Of a stretch of 64,000 nucleotides of DNA, positions 18,902-28,134 are shown piece by piece. Positions within the stretch are counted from its first letter, which is position 1. Each line of letters begins with the position of its first letter. The stretch lies in assembly GCA_022844125.1 (NCBI GenBank), contig JALHMI010000002.1, positions 109,461 to 173,460 on the forward strand, given 5' to 3'. The translations under genes were made by a program, and so were the position numbers. The stretch is from Pirellulales bacterium. GTDB taxonomy: Bacteria > Planctomycetota > Planctomycetia > Pirellulales > PALSA-1355. The notes under the pieces are model-generated. The model did no database searches, had not been told where the DNA came from, and saw only the letters and a program-made list of their open reading frames with translations.

Positions 18902-19112
18902 CCCTGGCCTCGCATTGCGGCGGTACTGCGCACTTGCGGAGTGTGCCGCGCGACATCATCGGCCGGACCCTCACGCCACCCGAGGCGCGCGGCCGCGACG
19001 ATGTATCTGCACCGGCGCCGTGATCTTACGGCATTCTCGTACGGCTGGCAAGTTGCGCACGCTAGCTGTGACACGCACGAGGCCATTGCGAGTCACCGCT
19101 GGCGCTGTCGGA

Positions 19113-19994
19113 TCAGGACCTCTTGCGCTTCATCGCGGCTTGCAGATCGTCCCACTGCTCACTGGTAACGTCTTCGAGCGCGTTGAACTGGCCGGCGCCG
19201 CGTAGCCAGGTGCCGCCGTCGATCGTGATGCACGCGCCGGTGATATAGGCCGAAAAGTCCGAGAGCAGATAGGCGGCGAGATTCGAAAGTTCCTGATGTT
19301 CGCCATGGCGACCCAGTGGAATACGTTTCATCGGATCGGCATTGGGGCCCAACTCCGGTGGCCGAAGCCGCGACCAGGCGCCCTCTGTGGGAAACGCGCC
19401 GGGGGCAATCGCATTCAAGCGAATACCATACTTGCCCCATTCCGACGCAAGGGATCGCACCATAACCAATGCGCCGGCTTTCGAGACCGCCGAAGGCACC
19501 ACATAGCCCGAGCCGGTCCAGGCGTAGGTCGTGCTGATGTTGAGCACGACGCCGGGTGTGCCTCCGGCGATCCAGCGCTTGCCCAACGCGAGCGTGCAGT
19601 TGTAGGTCCCCTTGAGCACGATATCGACTACCGAATTGAAGGCGTTATAGCTGAGTCGCTCGGTCGGACAGATGAAGTTGCCGGCCGCATTGTTCACCAG
19701 ACCATGCAGCGTGCCGAACCGCTCTGCGCCGGCTGCGAACATCGCCTCAACCTCTTCCGGCTTGCGAACGTCGCACGACAGCCCGAGCACTTGGCCGCCT
19801 GTCGCGGCGGAGATTTCCTGGGCAGCGGATTCAATCACCTCGGAACGGCGACCGCAGATGAGGAGATTTGCGCCAAGCGCTGAAAAGTATTCACTCATCG
19901 AGCGGCCCAGGCCAGTGCCACCGCCGGTGACAGCAATCGTTCGGCCTGAAAAGGTTCCCGCAGGCAACATAGGACGCGTGTAGGAAGCGGACAT
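19113..19994 (-). CDS. SDR oxidoreductase, 2,4-dienoyl-CoA reductase (DECR)-like
   Basis: TGGGTGLG, NNAAGNF, AIAPG, IPLGR. Start at MSASY (19994). Confidence 0.9.
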   Translation of the reverse strand: MSASYTRPMLPAGTFSGRTIAVTGGGTGLGRSMSEYFSALGANLLICGRRSEVIESAAQEISAATGGQVLGLSCDVRKPEEVEAMFAAGAERFGTLHGLVNNAAGNFICPTERLSYNAFNSVVDIVLKGTYNCTLALGKRWIAGGTPGVVLNISTTYAWTGSGYVVPSAVSKAGALVMVRSLASEWGKYGIRLNAIAPGAFPTEGAWSRLRPPELGPNADPMKRIPLGRHGEHQELSNLAAYLLSDFSAYITGACITIDGGTWLRGAGQFNALEDVTSEQWDDLQAAMKRKRS

Positions 19995-20195
19995 CGGTTG
20001 GCTCCTCGCCGGTGGAGGCCGCGGTGGATGGCGACCGGATTGATGGGGCACATCGCCGAATGTTAGATGACGCGCCGCGTTGCGGCAAATTTCCGTGCTC
20101 TAAGGCAGTAGCTCTACATTCAATCACAGACGCGACTATAATCTAACTCCTGAGAATGCCGCCACCCTAACCAATGCTCCACTTCCAAGAAGCAG

Positions 20196-21066
20196 ATGCT
20201 CAAGAAAATTGTCCTCACCACGGTGCAGAAACTGGGGTATGACCTCGTTCCGCGGGGTAAGCCCCGATCTCGCTGCCTATCACGATCTATGCGACGCGGA
20301 AGTGCTGGCTCGCAAGCCATTCTACAACGTAGGCGCAGGTGCCTTTCATCATCCGTACTGGACGAACGTCGACAAGCCGTCGGACTGGTATAAGGGTCAT
20401 CAGCAACAGGAAATGATTGCGTTTGATCTGATGGAGAAGGTTCCGCTTCCGATTGCGGATGGCTCGGCGCTCTTGGTCTACACGAGCCACACGATGGAAC
20501 ACATCCCCAATGACGCTGCCCGACGGTTTTATGCCGAGGCCTTCCGCGTGCTTGCTCCCGGCGGCCTGTTGCGCGTCACGGTGCCGAACGCAGAGTTATT
20601 CTTTCGCGCGTATCGTGCGAGGGATCGCCACTTTGACGACATGATCAAGCGCTACAGGACGACTGAAGCCGCGCGAAGAATAAAAATGGACCGTCCGCCG
20701 AAAGAGCGCTCGTCTCAGCAATTGTTCTTGTGGCGAATCGCGGCCACCGTCTCACCACATCATATCGACAGTGCCGCGGAGCGAATGAGTGACGAGGAGA
20801 TCGACCGAGTCTTTGAGACGCTGCCGTTGCCTGAAGCGCTGGACTATTGCACTTCTCGAAGCGATCTCGAATCGCAACACCGCAATCCCGGTGGGCACGT
20901 CAATTGGTGGACCTGGGATAAACTCTCGCAATTCCTGCACGACGCAGGCTTTGGGCACGTCAACCGCTGTGGGTACGGCCAAAGCGCCTCGCCCCTGTTG
21001 CGCGACACCCATTACTTCGACTGCACGCGGCCGCACTCGTCGCTGTACGTTGAAGCCTGCAAGTAG
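20196..21066 (+). CDS. SAM-dependent methyltransferase, apparently split by a frameshift near the 5' end
   Basis: The main frame (20209-21066) has YNVGAG, WTNVD, SHTMEH, RVLAPGGLLRVTVP. The plausible N-terminus MLKKIVLTTVQKLGYDLVPR (ATG 20196) is in another frame. Confidence 0.7.
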
Positions 21067-21119
21067 GACCGCTCGCGCCCGCCCCGTGCAAGTGGTTGTG
21101 CTCACTTCTCGGCGGCCAT

Positions 21120-21184
21120 ATCTAGATATTGACATCCAGTATTCGATGGTTATATTACGACTAACTGGACCTATTTATCCACTT
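21120..21184 (+). promoter_or_regulatory. Sigma70-like promoter with two related imperfect palindromes (candidate repressor operators)
   Basis: TTGACA 21129-21134 and TATATT 21151-21156; AACTGGA-N8-TCCACTT at 21163-21184 and ATCTAGA-N8-TCCAGTA at 21120-21141. The patch is AT-rich in GC-rich DNA. Confidence 0.65.
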
Positions 21185-21216
21185 ATTCCACAGCGATCCC
21201 TCCGAGGCCACGCGCC

Positions 21217-21837
21217 ATGAAACGAATCGACGAAACCCGCCTGGAAACCGACCTGCAGTACCGCGTGGAATACCTGGCCGAGTTCATGGGCTTTACGCCG
21301 GATGATGTCGCCGCTATTCACGGCGCCGCCGAGGTGCTGGCTCCCGTCGTGCCGACGCTAGTCGATGCAGTGTACGACAAGCTGTTTGGCTACGACGCGA
21401 CCAAAAGGCATTTTGTGCCTCGACAAACTGGCTACGACGGCGAACTGCCCGACAGCCTCGATTCGCTCAGACAGGACCACGAGATGATCCAGTTCCGCAA
21501 AAGTCATCTGGCCCGATACCTGGTAACGCTGGTGACTAAGCCGTTTGACTCGAAAATGTTCGTGTATTTGAATCGGGTGGGCGAAATGCACACGCCACAC
21601 GCGGGTTCCGCCGAGCTCGACGTGCCGCTGGTACAGATGAATGCCCTCCTGGGCTTCGTGGCTGATGCCTTGACCGCGACCATCCTGAGCCTTGGGCTGG
21701 AGCGCCGGACTGAAGAGCAAACGTTGCGGGCGTTTGGTAAACTGTTGTGGATGCAAAACGACCTTGTAACCCGTCACTATCAGGCTCGCCCGGCTTCCCG
21801 CCGTCACCCGCTCACCGCTGTTGCTCGTGTTCGATGA
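21217..21837 (+). CDS. Single-domain protoglobin/sensor-globin-like protein
   Basis: YLAEFMGFTPDD, LVDAVYDKL, YLNRVGEMH, AFGKLLWMQND: a protoglobin-family pattern. Confidence 0.85.
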   Translation: MKRIDETRLETDLQYRVEYLAEFMGFTPDDVAAIHGAAEVLAPVVPTLVDAVYDKLFGYDATKRHFVPRQTGYDGELPDSLDSLRQDHEMIQFRKSHLARYLVTLVTKPFDSKMFVYLNRVGEMHTPHAGSAELDVPLVQMNALLGFVADALTATILSLGLERRTEEQTLRAFGKLLWMQNDLVTRHYQARPASRRHPLTAVARVR

Positions 21838-23144
21838 AACCTGCCCATTGCATTCTGCTGCTCGTAGCCCTCGTTGTTGGTGTGCCGTTGCCGCTCGCGC
21901 GCGCTCAGGATTTTGAGCAACCGCCGATCGCGTACAGCACAGCGACACCGAATAATGTAGTGTCGAAACTGATTGACGAGTTCGAAAGCGGCCGATTGCA
22001 ACTTGCGCGCGGGGAGGAACATGGATATTTGCCTGCGCTGCTCAAAGCACTGGCGATTCCCGAGTCATCGCAGGTGCTGGTCTTTTCGCAAACGAGTCTG
22101 CAGCGTGAGCGCATATCACCACGCACGCCGCGGGCGATCTACTTCAACGATCAGGCTTACGTGGGATTCTGCCAACAAGGCGAAGTGCTGGAGATTTCGG
22201 TGTCTGACCCGCAGTTGGGTGCGGTGTTTTACACGCTGGATCAGAATTCTGAAAAGGAGCCGGCATTCGTTCGACTGACCGATAGTTGCCTGCTGTGCCA
22301 TAGTTCGTCGCGAACCGAAAACGTGCCAGGTCATCTGGTTCGCTCGCTGTACGTGACCTCGAGTGGCCAGCCGATTTTTTCGGGCGGAAGCAACATCGTG
22401 GATCACACCACGCCCTTCGACCGACGCTGGGGCGGGTGGTACGTGACCGGCACGCACGGCGATCAGACGCACCTCGGAAATCTCGTAGTGCCGGGTCGGG
22501 AGGTGCCGTCGACGATCGACAACGAAGCCGGACAGAATGTTAAGGAACTCGGCAATCGATTCGCTGTCGACAAATACCTGACGCCGCATAGCGATATCGT
22601 CGCGCTGATGGTCCTCGAGCACCAGACGCTCGTGCAGAATCGAATTACCAAGGCGAGCTTTGCGACCAGGCAGGCCTTGCATTACCAGGTCGAACTCAAT
22701 CGAGCTTTGGGTGAACCTGGCGAAATGCGGTTGCAAAGCACCACGAGCCGCATCGCGAGCGCGGGAGAAGACCTTGTCGAAGCCCTGCTTTTCCTCGAGG
22801 AAGCCGAGTTGAGGGCACCGGTTGCGGGGACCTCGGGCTACGCCGAGGAATTCACGAAGCGGGGACCTCGCGACGAGCAAGGGAGGTCGCTGCGCGATTT
22901 CGATCTCGAGCGGCGGATGTTTCGCTATCCGTGCAGCTACCTGATTTACAGCGAGGCGTTTGACGCCCTGCCCGGCGAAATGCAAGACTTCGTGTGGCGG
23001 CGATTGTGGGAGATTCTGGCCGAAGGTAAGGATGCCGAGAAGTTTGCACACCTGTCGGCTGAAGATCGCGCCACGGTCCTCGAAATCCTGCGAACCACCA
23101 AAGCTGGCCTGCCGGACTACTGGGAAGTTTCACCTGCGCGATAA
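21834..23144 (+). CDS. Exported protein with one CxxCH (putative monoheme cytochrome c)
   Basis: Signal peptide from MKPAH (ATGA overlap with the globin stop); CLLCH; RWGGWYVTG; SDIVALMVLEHQ. Confidence 0.8.
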   Translation: MKPAHCILLLVALVVGVPLPLARAQDFEQPPIAYSTATPNNVVSKLIDEFESGRLQLARGEEHGYLPALLKALAIPESSQVLVFSQTSLQRERISPRTPRAIYFNDQAYVGFCQQGEVLEISVSDPQLGAVFYTLDQNSEKEPAFVRLTDSCLLCHSSSRTENVPGHLVRSLYVTSSGQPIFSGGSNIVDHTTPFDRRWGGWYVTGTHGDQTHLGNLVVPGREVPSTIDNEAGQNVKELGNRFAVDKYLTPHSDIVALMVLEHQTLVQNRITKASFATRQALHYQVELNRALGEPGEMRLQSTTSRIASAGEDLVEALLFLEEAELRAPVAGTSGYAEEFTKRGPRDEQGRSLRDFDLERRMFRYPCSYLIYSEAFDALPGEMQDFVWRRLWEILAEGKDAEKFAHLSAEDRATVLEILRTTKAGLPDYWEVSPAR

Positions 23145-23207
23145 AAACGCGTGGCGAGAGTCCCGAAGCGCGAATAGTTCGTTGGCACCTACTGAGAGGA
23201 GTCTGGC

Positions 23208-25439
23208 ATGAGGCGGCTCTGGGCACTCTTCGGCCTGGTGATGGTTGCATCCTTTGCAGTGCTCGGCTGGTTGGGCACTCGTATCTATCAGGAAGCGCCC
23301 CCGCTCATCGATCGCGTCCTGACGACCGAGGGGCAGGTAGTGATCGACTCCGGCGAAATTCAAGCCGGGCAGAACGTTTGGCAGACTCTGGGTGGCATGG
23401 AGGTTGGCTCGGTCTGGGGACATGGCAGTTACGTCGCGCCGGACTGGACAGCCGACTGGCTGCACCGCGAAGCAGTATTCGCGCTCGACGCTTGGGCGCG
23501 GGAAGAGTTCGGCAGCGAGTTCGCCAAACTCAGCGAGGAACGACAAGCCCAACTCAGTGGACGTCTGGCCGAACGCTGGCGCGAAAACACTTTCGATCCA
23601 GCGACGAACGTCGTTGTTATTGATCCACTGCGTGCCCAGGCGTTTGAAAGCAACCGGGCTCACTTCTCACAGATTTTCGCCGAGGGAAATGCCGCCTACG
23701 CGATTCCGCCCGGCGCAGTCACCACCGACGTACGACGAAAGCAGCTCGCGTCATTCTACTTTTGGACTGCTTGGGCCGCGTCGACCAATCGGCCTGGAGA
23801 AGATGTCAGCTACACGCAGAACTGGCCTTACGAGCCATTGATTGAGAATCGTCCAACCGGCGACACCGTCGTCTGGACGGGCGTCAGCATCATCATGCTG
23901 CTGGCAGGTATCTCGGCGATGGCCTGGTGGTATGCCTCTCAGCGCGAGCAAGAGTCCGCGAAGGAACTCACTCAAGCCGATCCGCTGGGAAGCTGGGACG
24001 CCACACCGTCGCAGCGTGCGACCGTGAAATACTTCTGGGTCGTCGCTGCTTTGATTCTGGTGCAAATGTTGCTGGGCGTGGTGACAGCCCACTACGGCGT
24101 CGAAGGAGACGGGTTCTACGGGATACCGCTGTCGAAATGGTTGCCCTACAGCGTTGCGCGAACCTGGCACATCCAGTTGGGCCTGTTTTGGATAGCTACG
24201 GCGTGGCTCGCGGCGGGCCTGTATATCGGCCCCCTGGTCAGTGAAACCGAACCTCGCGGACAGCGTTTGGGAGTGAACGTTCTGTTCGTCGCGTTACTGG
24301 TCGTCGTAGTGGGATCGCTCGCGGGAGAGTGGCTCAGCATTCACAACAGGATGTCCGACACAACGGCGTTTTACTTCGGACATCAAGGTTACGAATACGT
24401 TGACCTGGGACGCGTCTGGCAACTGGCCTTGATGGCCGGCCTGCTTCTCTGGCTCGCACTGATGCTCCGCGTTTTGTGGCCAGCCCTGCGCCGTCCAGGT
24501 GAGCAGAAACAACTTGTCGCGCTATTGGCCGTGTCGACGGCGGCCATCGCTGGCTTCTACGGCGCCGGCTTGACGTGGGGGCAGCACACGCATCTGTCGA
24601 TTGTCGAATACTGGCGCTGGTGGGTTGTGCACCTGTGGGTGGAAGGTTTCTTTGAAGTCTTCGCGACCACTGTGATCGCGTTCGTTTTCATGCGACTCGG
24701 CTTGATTCGCCCGGGCTTGGCCGCGGCGGCCGCGCTGCTCTCGGCCACGATTTTCCTTTCTGGCGGCATCATCGGGACTTGCCACCATCTGTATTTCTCG
24801 GGCACTCCCACCGTGGTGCTGGCGTGGGGTTCCGTGTTCAGCGCGCTTGAAGTCGTGCCACTGGTGCTTGTGGGCTTTGAAGCCACAGAAGACCTGCGCC
24901 GCTCGCACGCCTCGTTATGGGTGCAGCGCTACAAATGGCCCATTTACTTCTTCGTCGCGGTTGCATTTTGGAACATGGTCGGCGCGGGGCTGTTCGGATT
25001 TATGATCAACCCACCGATCGCGCTATACTTCATGCAAGGCCTGAACACGACGCCGCTGCATGGACATGCCGCGCTGTTTGGCGTGTATGGCATGCTGGGG
25101 ATCGGTTTGACCTTGATTTGCCTGCGGACGCTTGTGCCGGGTCGGGACTGGAAAGAAGGACTCGTCAGGTTCTCCTTCTGGGCGCTAAATCTGGGACTGG
25201 CTGCGATGTGTCTGCTCAGCCTCCTTCCGGTAGGCTTGCTGCAGACCTGGGCCTCGGTGGAACACGGTTACTGGTACGCTCGCAGCTCCGAGTTCATGCA
25301 GACTCCAATCATGCAGAATCTGAGATGGCTGCGTGTGGTTGGAGATACGATCTTTTTTTTGGGCGCGGTCGCGTTGGTGACTTTCATTGCGGGGTTGGCG
25401 ACCGGCCATTCGTTCCGCAAATCACCAGCGAAGCCCTGA
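23208..25439 (+). CDS. norB: Quinol-dependent nitric oxide reductase (qNor)
   Basis: GSVWGHGSYVAPDWTADWLH, RTWH, GYEYVDLGR, VHLWVEGFFEVF, GTCHHLY, SALEVVPL, HGHAALFG. Confidence 0.97.
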   Translation: MRRLWALFGLVMVASFAVLGWLGTRIYQEAPPLIDRVLTTEGQVVIDSGEIQAGQNVWQTLGGMEVGSVWGHGSYVAPDWTADWLHREAVFALDAWAREEFGSEFAKLSEERQAQLSGRLAERWRENTFDPATNVVVIDPLRAQAFESNRAHFSQIFAEGNAAYAIPPGAVTTDVRRKQLASFYFWTAWAASTNRPGEDVSYTQNWPYEPLIENRPTGDTVVWTGVSIIMLLAGISAMAWWYASQREQESAKELTQADPLGSWDATPSQRATVKYFWVVAALILVQMLLGVVTAHYGVEGDGFYGIPLSKWLPYSVARTWHIQLGLFWIATAWLAAGLYIGPLVSETEPRGQRLGVNVLFVALLVVVVGSLAGEWLSIHNRMSDTTAFYFGHQGYEYVDLGRVWQLALMAGLLLWLALMLRVLWPALRRPGEQKQLVALLAVSTAAIAGFYGAGLTWGQHTHLSIVEYWRWWVVHLWVEGFFEVFATTVIAFVFMRLGLIRPGLAAAAALLSATIFLSGGIIGTCHHLYFSGTPTVVLAWGSVFSALEVVPLVLVGFEATEDLRRSHASLWVQRYKWPIYFFVAVAFWNMVGAGLFGFMINPPIALYFMQGLNTTPLHGHAALFGVYGMLGIGLTLICLRTLVPGRDWKEGLVRFSFWALNLGLAAMCLLSLLPVGLLQTWASVEHGYWYARSSEFMQTPIMQNLRWLRVVGDTIFFLGAVALVTFIAGLATGHSFRKSPAKP

Positions 25440-25456
25440 AGCACGAGAGCTCGACC

Positions 25457-25783
25457 ATGACAATCTCTCACGCGGACGCCGGAACGGTTATCAACCTTTT
25501 CGATCAAAAAGGTCAGACAGCGAACAGGACGACGATACTCGTCAAAACGCCGCGAGTGGAGCTCATTCGACTGGTACTGCCCGCCGGCAAGCGAATTCCG
25601 CCGCATGCCGTTTCGGGCGAGGTCGTCGTCCAATGTCTGTCGGGCAAGGTCGACTTTGAGGCCCGAGAGAAACGGCAGACTCTCGAACCTGGCGATCTGC
25701 TCCACCTGCAGAGGGGCGATTCGCATGCTCTCGAAGCAGTTGAGGATACAACCATGCTGGTCACAATTCTACGTGCGGTTTGA
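25457..25783 (+). CDS. Cupin-domain protein
   Basis: True start MTISH at 25457; IPPHAVSGEVVVQCLSG...HALEAVED cupin pattern. Confidence 0.85.
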   Translation: MTISHADAGTVINLFDQKGQTANRTTILVKTPRVELIRLVLPAGKRIPPHAVSGEVVVQCLSGKVDFEAREKRQTLEPGDLLHLQRGDSHALEAVEDTTMLVTILRAV

Positions 25784-25859
25784 ACCTCTACTTGCGGTTT
25801 AAACCTCAGCGCAGCCAGCACCGCGAGATGACGAGCGTCACCCCGGAGACTCGTTCAAA

Positions 25860-25946
25860 CGGAGAGGACAGGATTCGAACCTGCGGACCAGTTACCCGGT
25901 CACCGATTTAGCAAACCGGCGCTTTCGACCACTCAGCCACCTCTCC
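25860..25946 (-). tRNA. tRNA-Ser(GCT)
   Basis: Reverse complement GGAGAGGTGGCTGAGTGGTCGAAAGCG-CCGGT-TTGCTAA-ATCGG-long variable arm-GCAGGTTCGAATCCTGT-CCTCTCC-G; no CCA encoded. Confidence 0.96.
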
Positions 25947-26235
25947 CAGTCGCACCAAGCCTGTCGGCAGAACCGCAGGCCGAATGTGCTCATGAATTTT
26001 AGATACTCTACCCTATTGTTCGCAAGGGAAGATCGCCAGCGTCTTGGTTTCTACGTGGCGAGAGCCAGAATTGGTGGGCTCAAGGCAAAAAAGGGCGTCC
26101 GCCAAGCAGTCGCCGGCGGACGCCCAGTGCCGAGCCACCATAGAGGGCTCGACTGTGCCGCTTATAGGATCCGGGGCGGACCGCTGTATTCTCCGCCACC
26201 CGATCACTGTTCGCGGTGTGCCGCTTTTTAAAGTG

Positions 26236-26448
26236 TTAATCGCCCCAGAAGCCCTTCCGGCGAGGTTCTAAGGGCATTTGGGTGATCTGAATGAACGGCA
26301 CGGTATTCGAGCGGCGGCGCCGTTCTCGCGCTGTCCAGTTGCGGCGAATCTCTTCTGTCCGTTCACGAATTTGCTCGGGCGTCGGAGAATTGTCTGGGCG
26401 AGGAGCACGTCGTCGATTTCGAGTACGGGTGCGAGATACGTCAATCAT
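26236..26448 (-). CDS. Small Arg-rich hypothetical protein (70 aa)
   Basis: AAGGA RBS upstream; PTPEQIRERTEEIRRNWTARERRRR helical motif; sigma54-like promoter upstream. Confidence 0.65.
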   Translation of the reverse strand: MIDVSRTRTRNRRRAPRPDNSPTPEQIRERTEEIRRNWTARERRRRSNTVPFIQITQMPLEPRRKGFWGD

Positions 26449-26523
26449 GAATCATGTTCCTTCGGAGGCGACAATGCGTTAGCAGATTGCGGTTGGCCGG
26501 AAGTAGAACCACCTGTCCGAAAG

Positions 26524-26538
26524 GCAAATTTCGGGCCG
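26524..26538 (-). promoter_or_regulatory. Sigma54 (-24/-12)-like promoter
   Basis: Minus strand CGGCCCG-AAAT-TTGC, with exact GG-N10-GC spacing, about 75 bp upstream of the 70-aa ORF. Confidence 0.5.
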
Positions 26539-26768
26539 ACTAGGCGAGTCGTCGTCCTCAGCGAGATCCGAAGCCTTCGCCGGACGGAGGTATTTGTCTA
26601 CGTGCCTTGACCGAATGTCGCTTCAACACATGACTTAGCGCGCGCCCTGAAGTGCGTGGCGCCAGAGCTCGGGTGGGGCAATGAGCCCGCGCTTCGACAG
26701 AAAAAGTGCTCGGCCATCGCTTGTTTACTGGTCGGAGGCCGACCACCTGGCATGGCGCTGGTCAGGCA

Positions 26769-27674
26769 TTAGCCGCCCGAGCCGGCGGGCATCCAGGCTG
26801 CCGAACGAGCCGAGAGAGATGGGTTCGCTGGACGCGCGCGGACCTTCAGCGAGTTTAGCCACCGCCGTTCGAATTCGAGTGGCGTTGTCTCATACACTTC
26901 CTCGAAAGCGTGGTCGTAGCCTCGCTCGCATGCCAGATCGACAAACTCCATCAAGCGTTGGTATCCCCCTTGAGCGACGAGAAACTCGACAATCGCGGCA
27001 CTTTGGTCGTAAAAGGCACCCCATCGTGTTGGAGGTGGGTAACCATCCAGCAGCAATAGCTCCGCGAGCGCGAAATGAGTTCCCTGTGTCACGTCGCGGC
27101 CCGCGCGAAGCACGTGTTGCTTTCGCTTCGCTGCGGAGTCTGCCATAATCGCGATCCCTTCGTCCAGCCAACGAGGCAGCACGTCAAATTCGAACCGATC
27201 AGCCAGGACCACGTGGGTCAGCTCGTGCGCAAGTGACGTCTGTTGCCAGTCAACTCGCGTGGACCGGACATCAATCCTGCGTAGCGAAATTTTGCTCTGG
27301 AGGCGGTCGACCAGCGCAGAAGCAATCGTGCTGTTGCCGCCAGCGCCGACCTCGCGGTCATAGCTGGCGTCGCTCGGGTGCAGCACCACATCACACTTTG
27401 GCTTCCAGCTACCACTCACTTTTCCCAGCAACTGGACGGCCAGACGTGTTCGCAATCGCTCGCAGCTCTGGCCAATGGCGCGGTCAAGTGGGCGCGTGCC
27501 GTAGTTCAGCACGCGGAAGTTATCGGTCTCCGTGATGTGCCAACTCACCGCCTCGGCAGGTCCCGAGGGAGAGGCCTTTGCCGCACTTGCCGGATTGGTC
27601 CCGATCAGGATCACGGCGAGCAGCCCTGCAAGACAAAAGAAATGGAGAGCTTGGCGAAAATGGTGGAAGTTCAT
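26769..27674 (-). CDS. Exported zincin-like (peptidase MA-like) protein
   Basis: Signal peptide; LAHELTH (HExxH) followed by PRWLDEGIA. Confidence 0.8.
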   Translation of the reverse strand: MNFHHFRQALHFFCLAGLLAVILIGTNPASAAKASPSGPAEAVSWHITETDNFRVLNYGTRPLDRAIGQSCERLRTRLAVQLLGKVSGSWKPKCDVVLHPSDASYDREVGAGGNSTIASALVDRLQSKISLRRIDVRSTRVDWQQTSLAHELTHVVLADRFEFDVLPRWLDEGIAIMADSAAKRKQHVLRAGRDVTQGTHFALAELLLLDGYPPPTRWGAFYDQSAAIVEFLVAQGGYQRLMEFVDLACERGYDHAFEEVYETTPLEFERRWLNSLKVRARPANPSLSARSAAWMPAGSGG

Positions 27675-28134
27675 GCGGGAGAGGGGCGCGAAGGTACTGG
27701 CAAAATTGCTTGCATCCTTTGCAAACGGCTGCGTCCGCCCTAGGCATATGTCGCGCCCCGCCGATTTCGAGGGCTCCGTTGGATTTCCGCATCCTGCTAT
27801 TTATCAACGACTTACTCCTTTTTGATCGGCTTTCAAACGGTTGCATCGCATGCCCCATCTTGCTTAGAAGCCAAGCAAAGGCGGCTGATTGTCTGTGCAG
27901 CGCTAAGTGCGCCGTCAATTCGCCCCAGGCCATAAAGTTGGCGGAAGCGACATATCCTCCGATTTCGTTTCAACTGGCAGGATCGGCACAACCGACAAAT
28001 AGGGCTGTGAAGTGCGTCGGCGTGTCCGCGCCCATTCACCCGACCGTGAGTCGCCGCCCAACTGGGCCCAGCTAATTTCGCGGTGGCACTGAGCTTTCCA
28101 GGTTTCCGGCAGCCGACTTGAGAGGAACTGTTCT

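Noticed and set aside
18905-19075. RegA/PrrA-like GCGGC-N5 elements and a weak FNR/CRP-like half site upstream of ctaC
   Set aside because: Matches are partial and expected by chance in GC-rich DNA.
23208-25439. Possible NO dismutase (Nod) rather than qNor
   Set aside because: Canonical HLWVEGFFE, HH and HGH ligands and the quinol-site His (AHY) and Asp (GDT) are all present.
7408-25946. Respiratory/NO block as a genomic island at the tRNA-Ser 3' end
   Set aside because: No integrase, transposase or duplicated tRNA 3' end (att site) seen.
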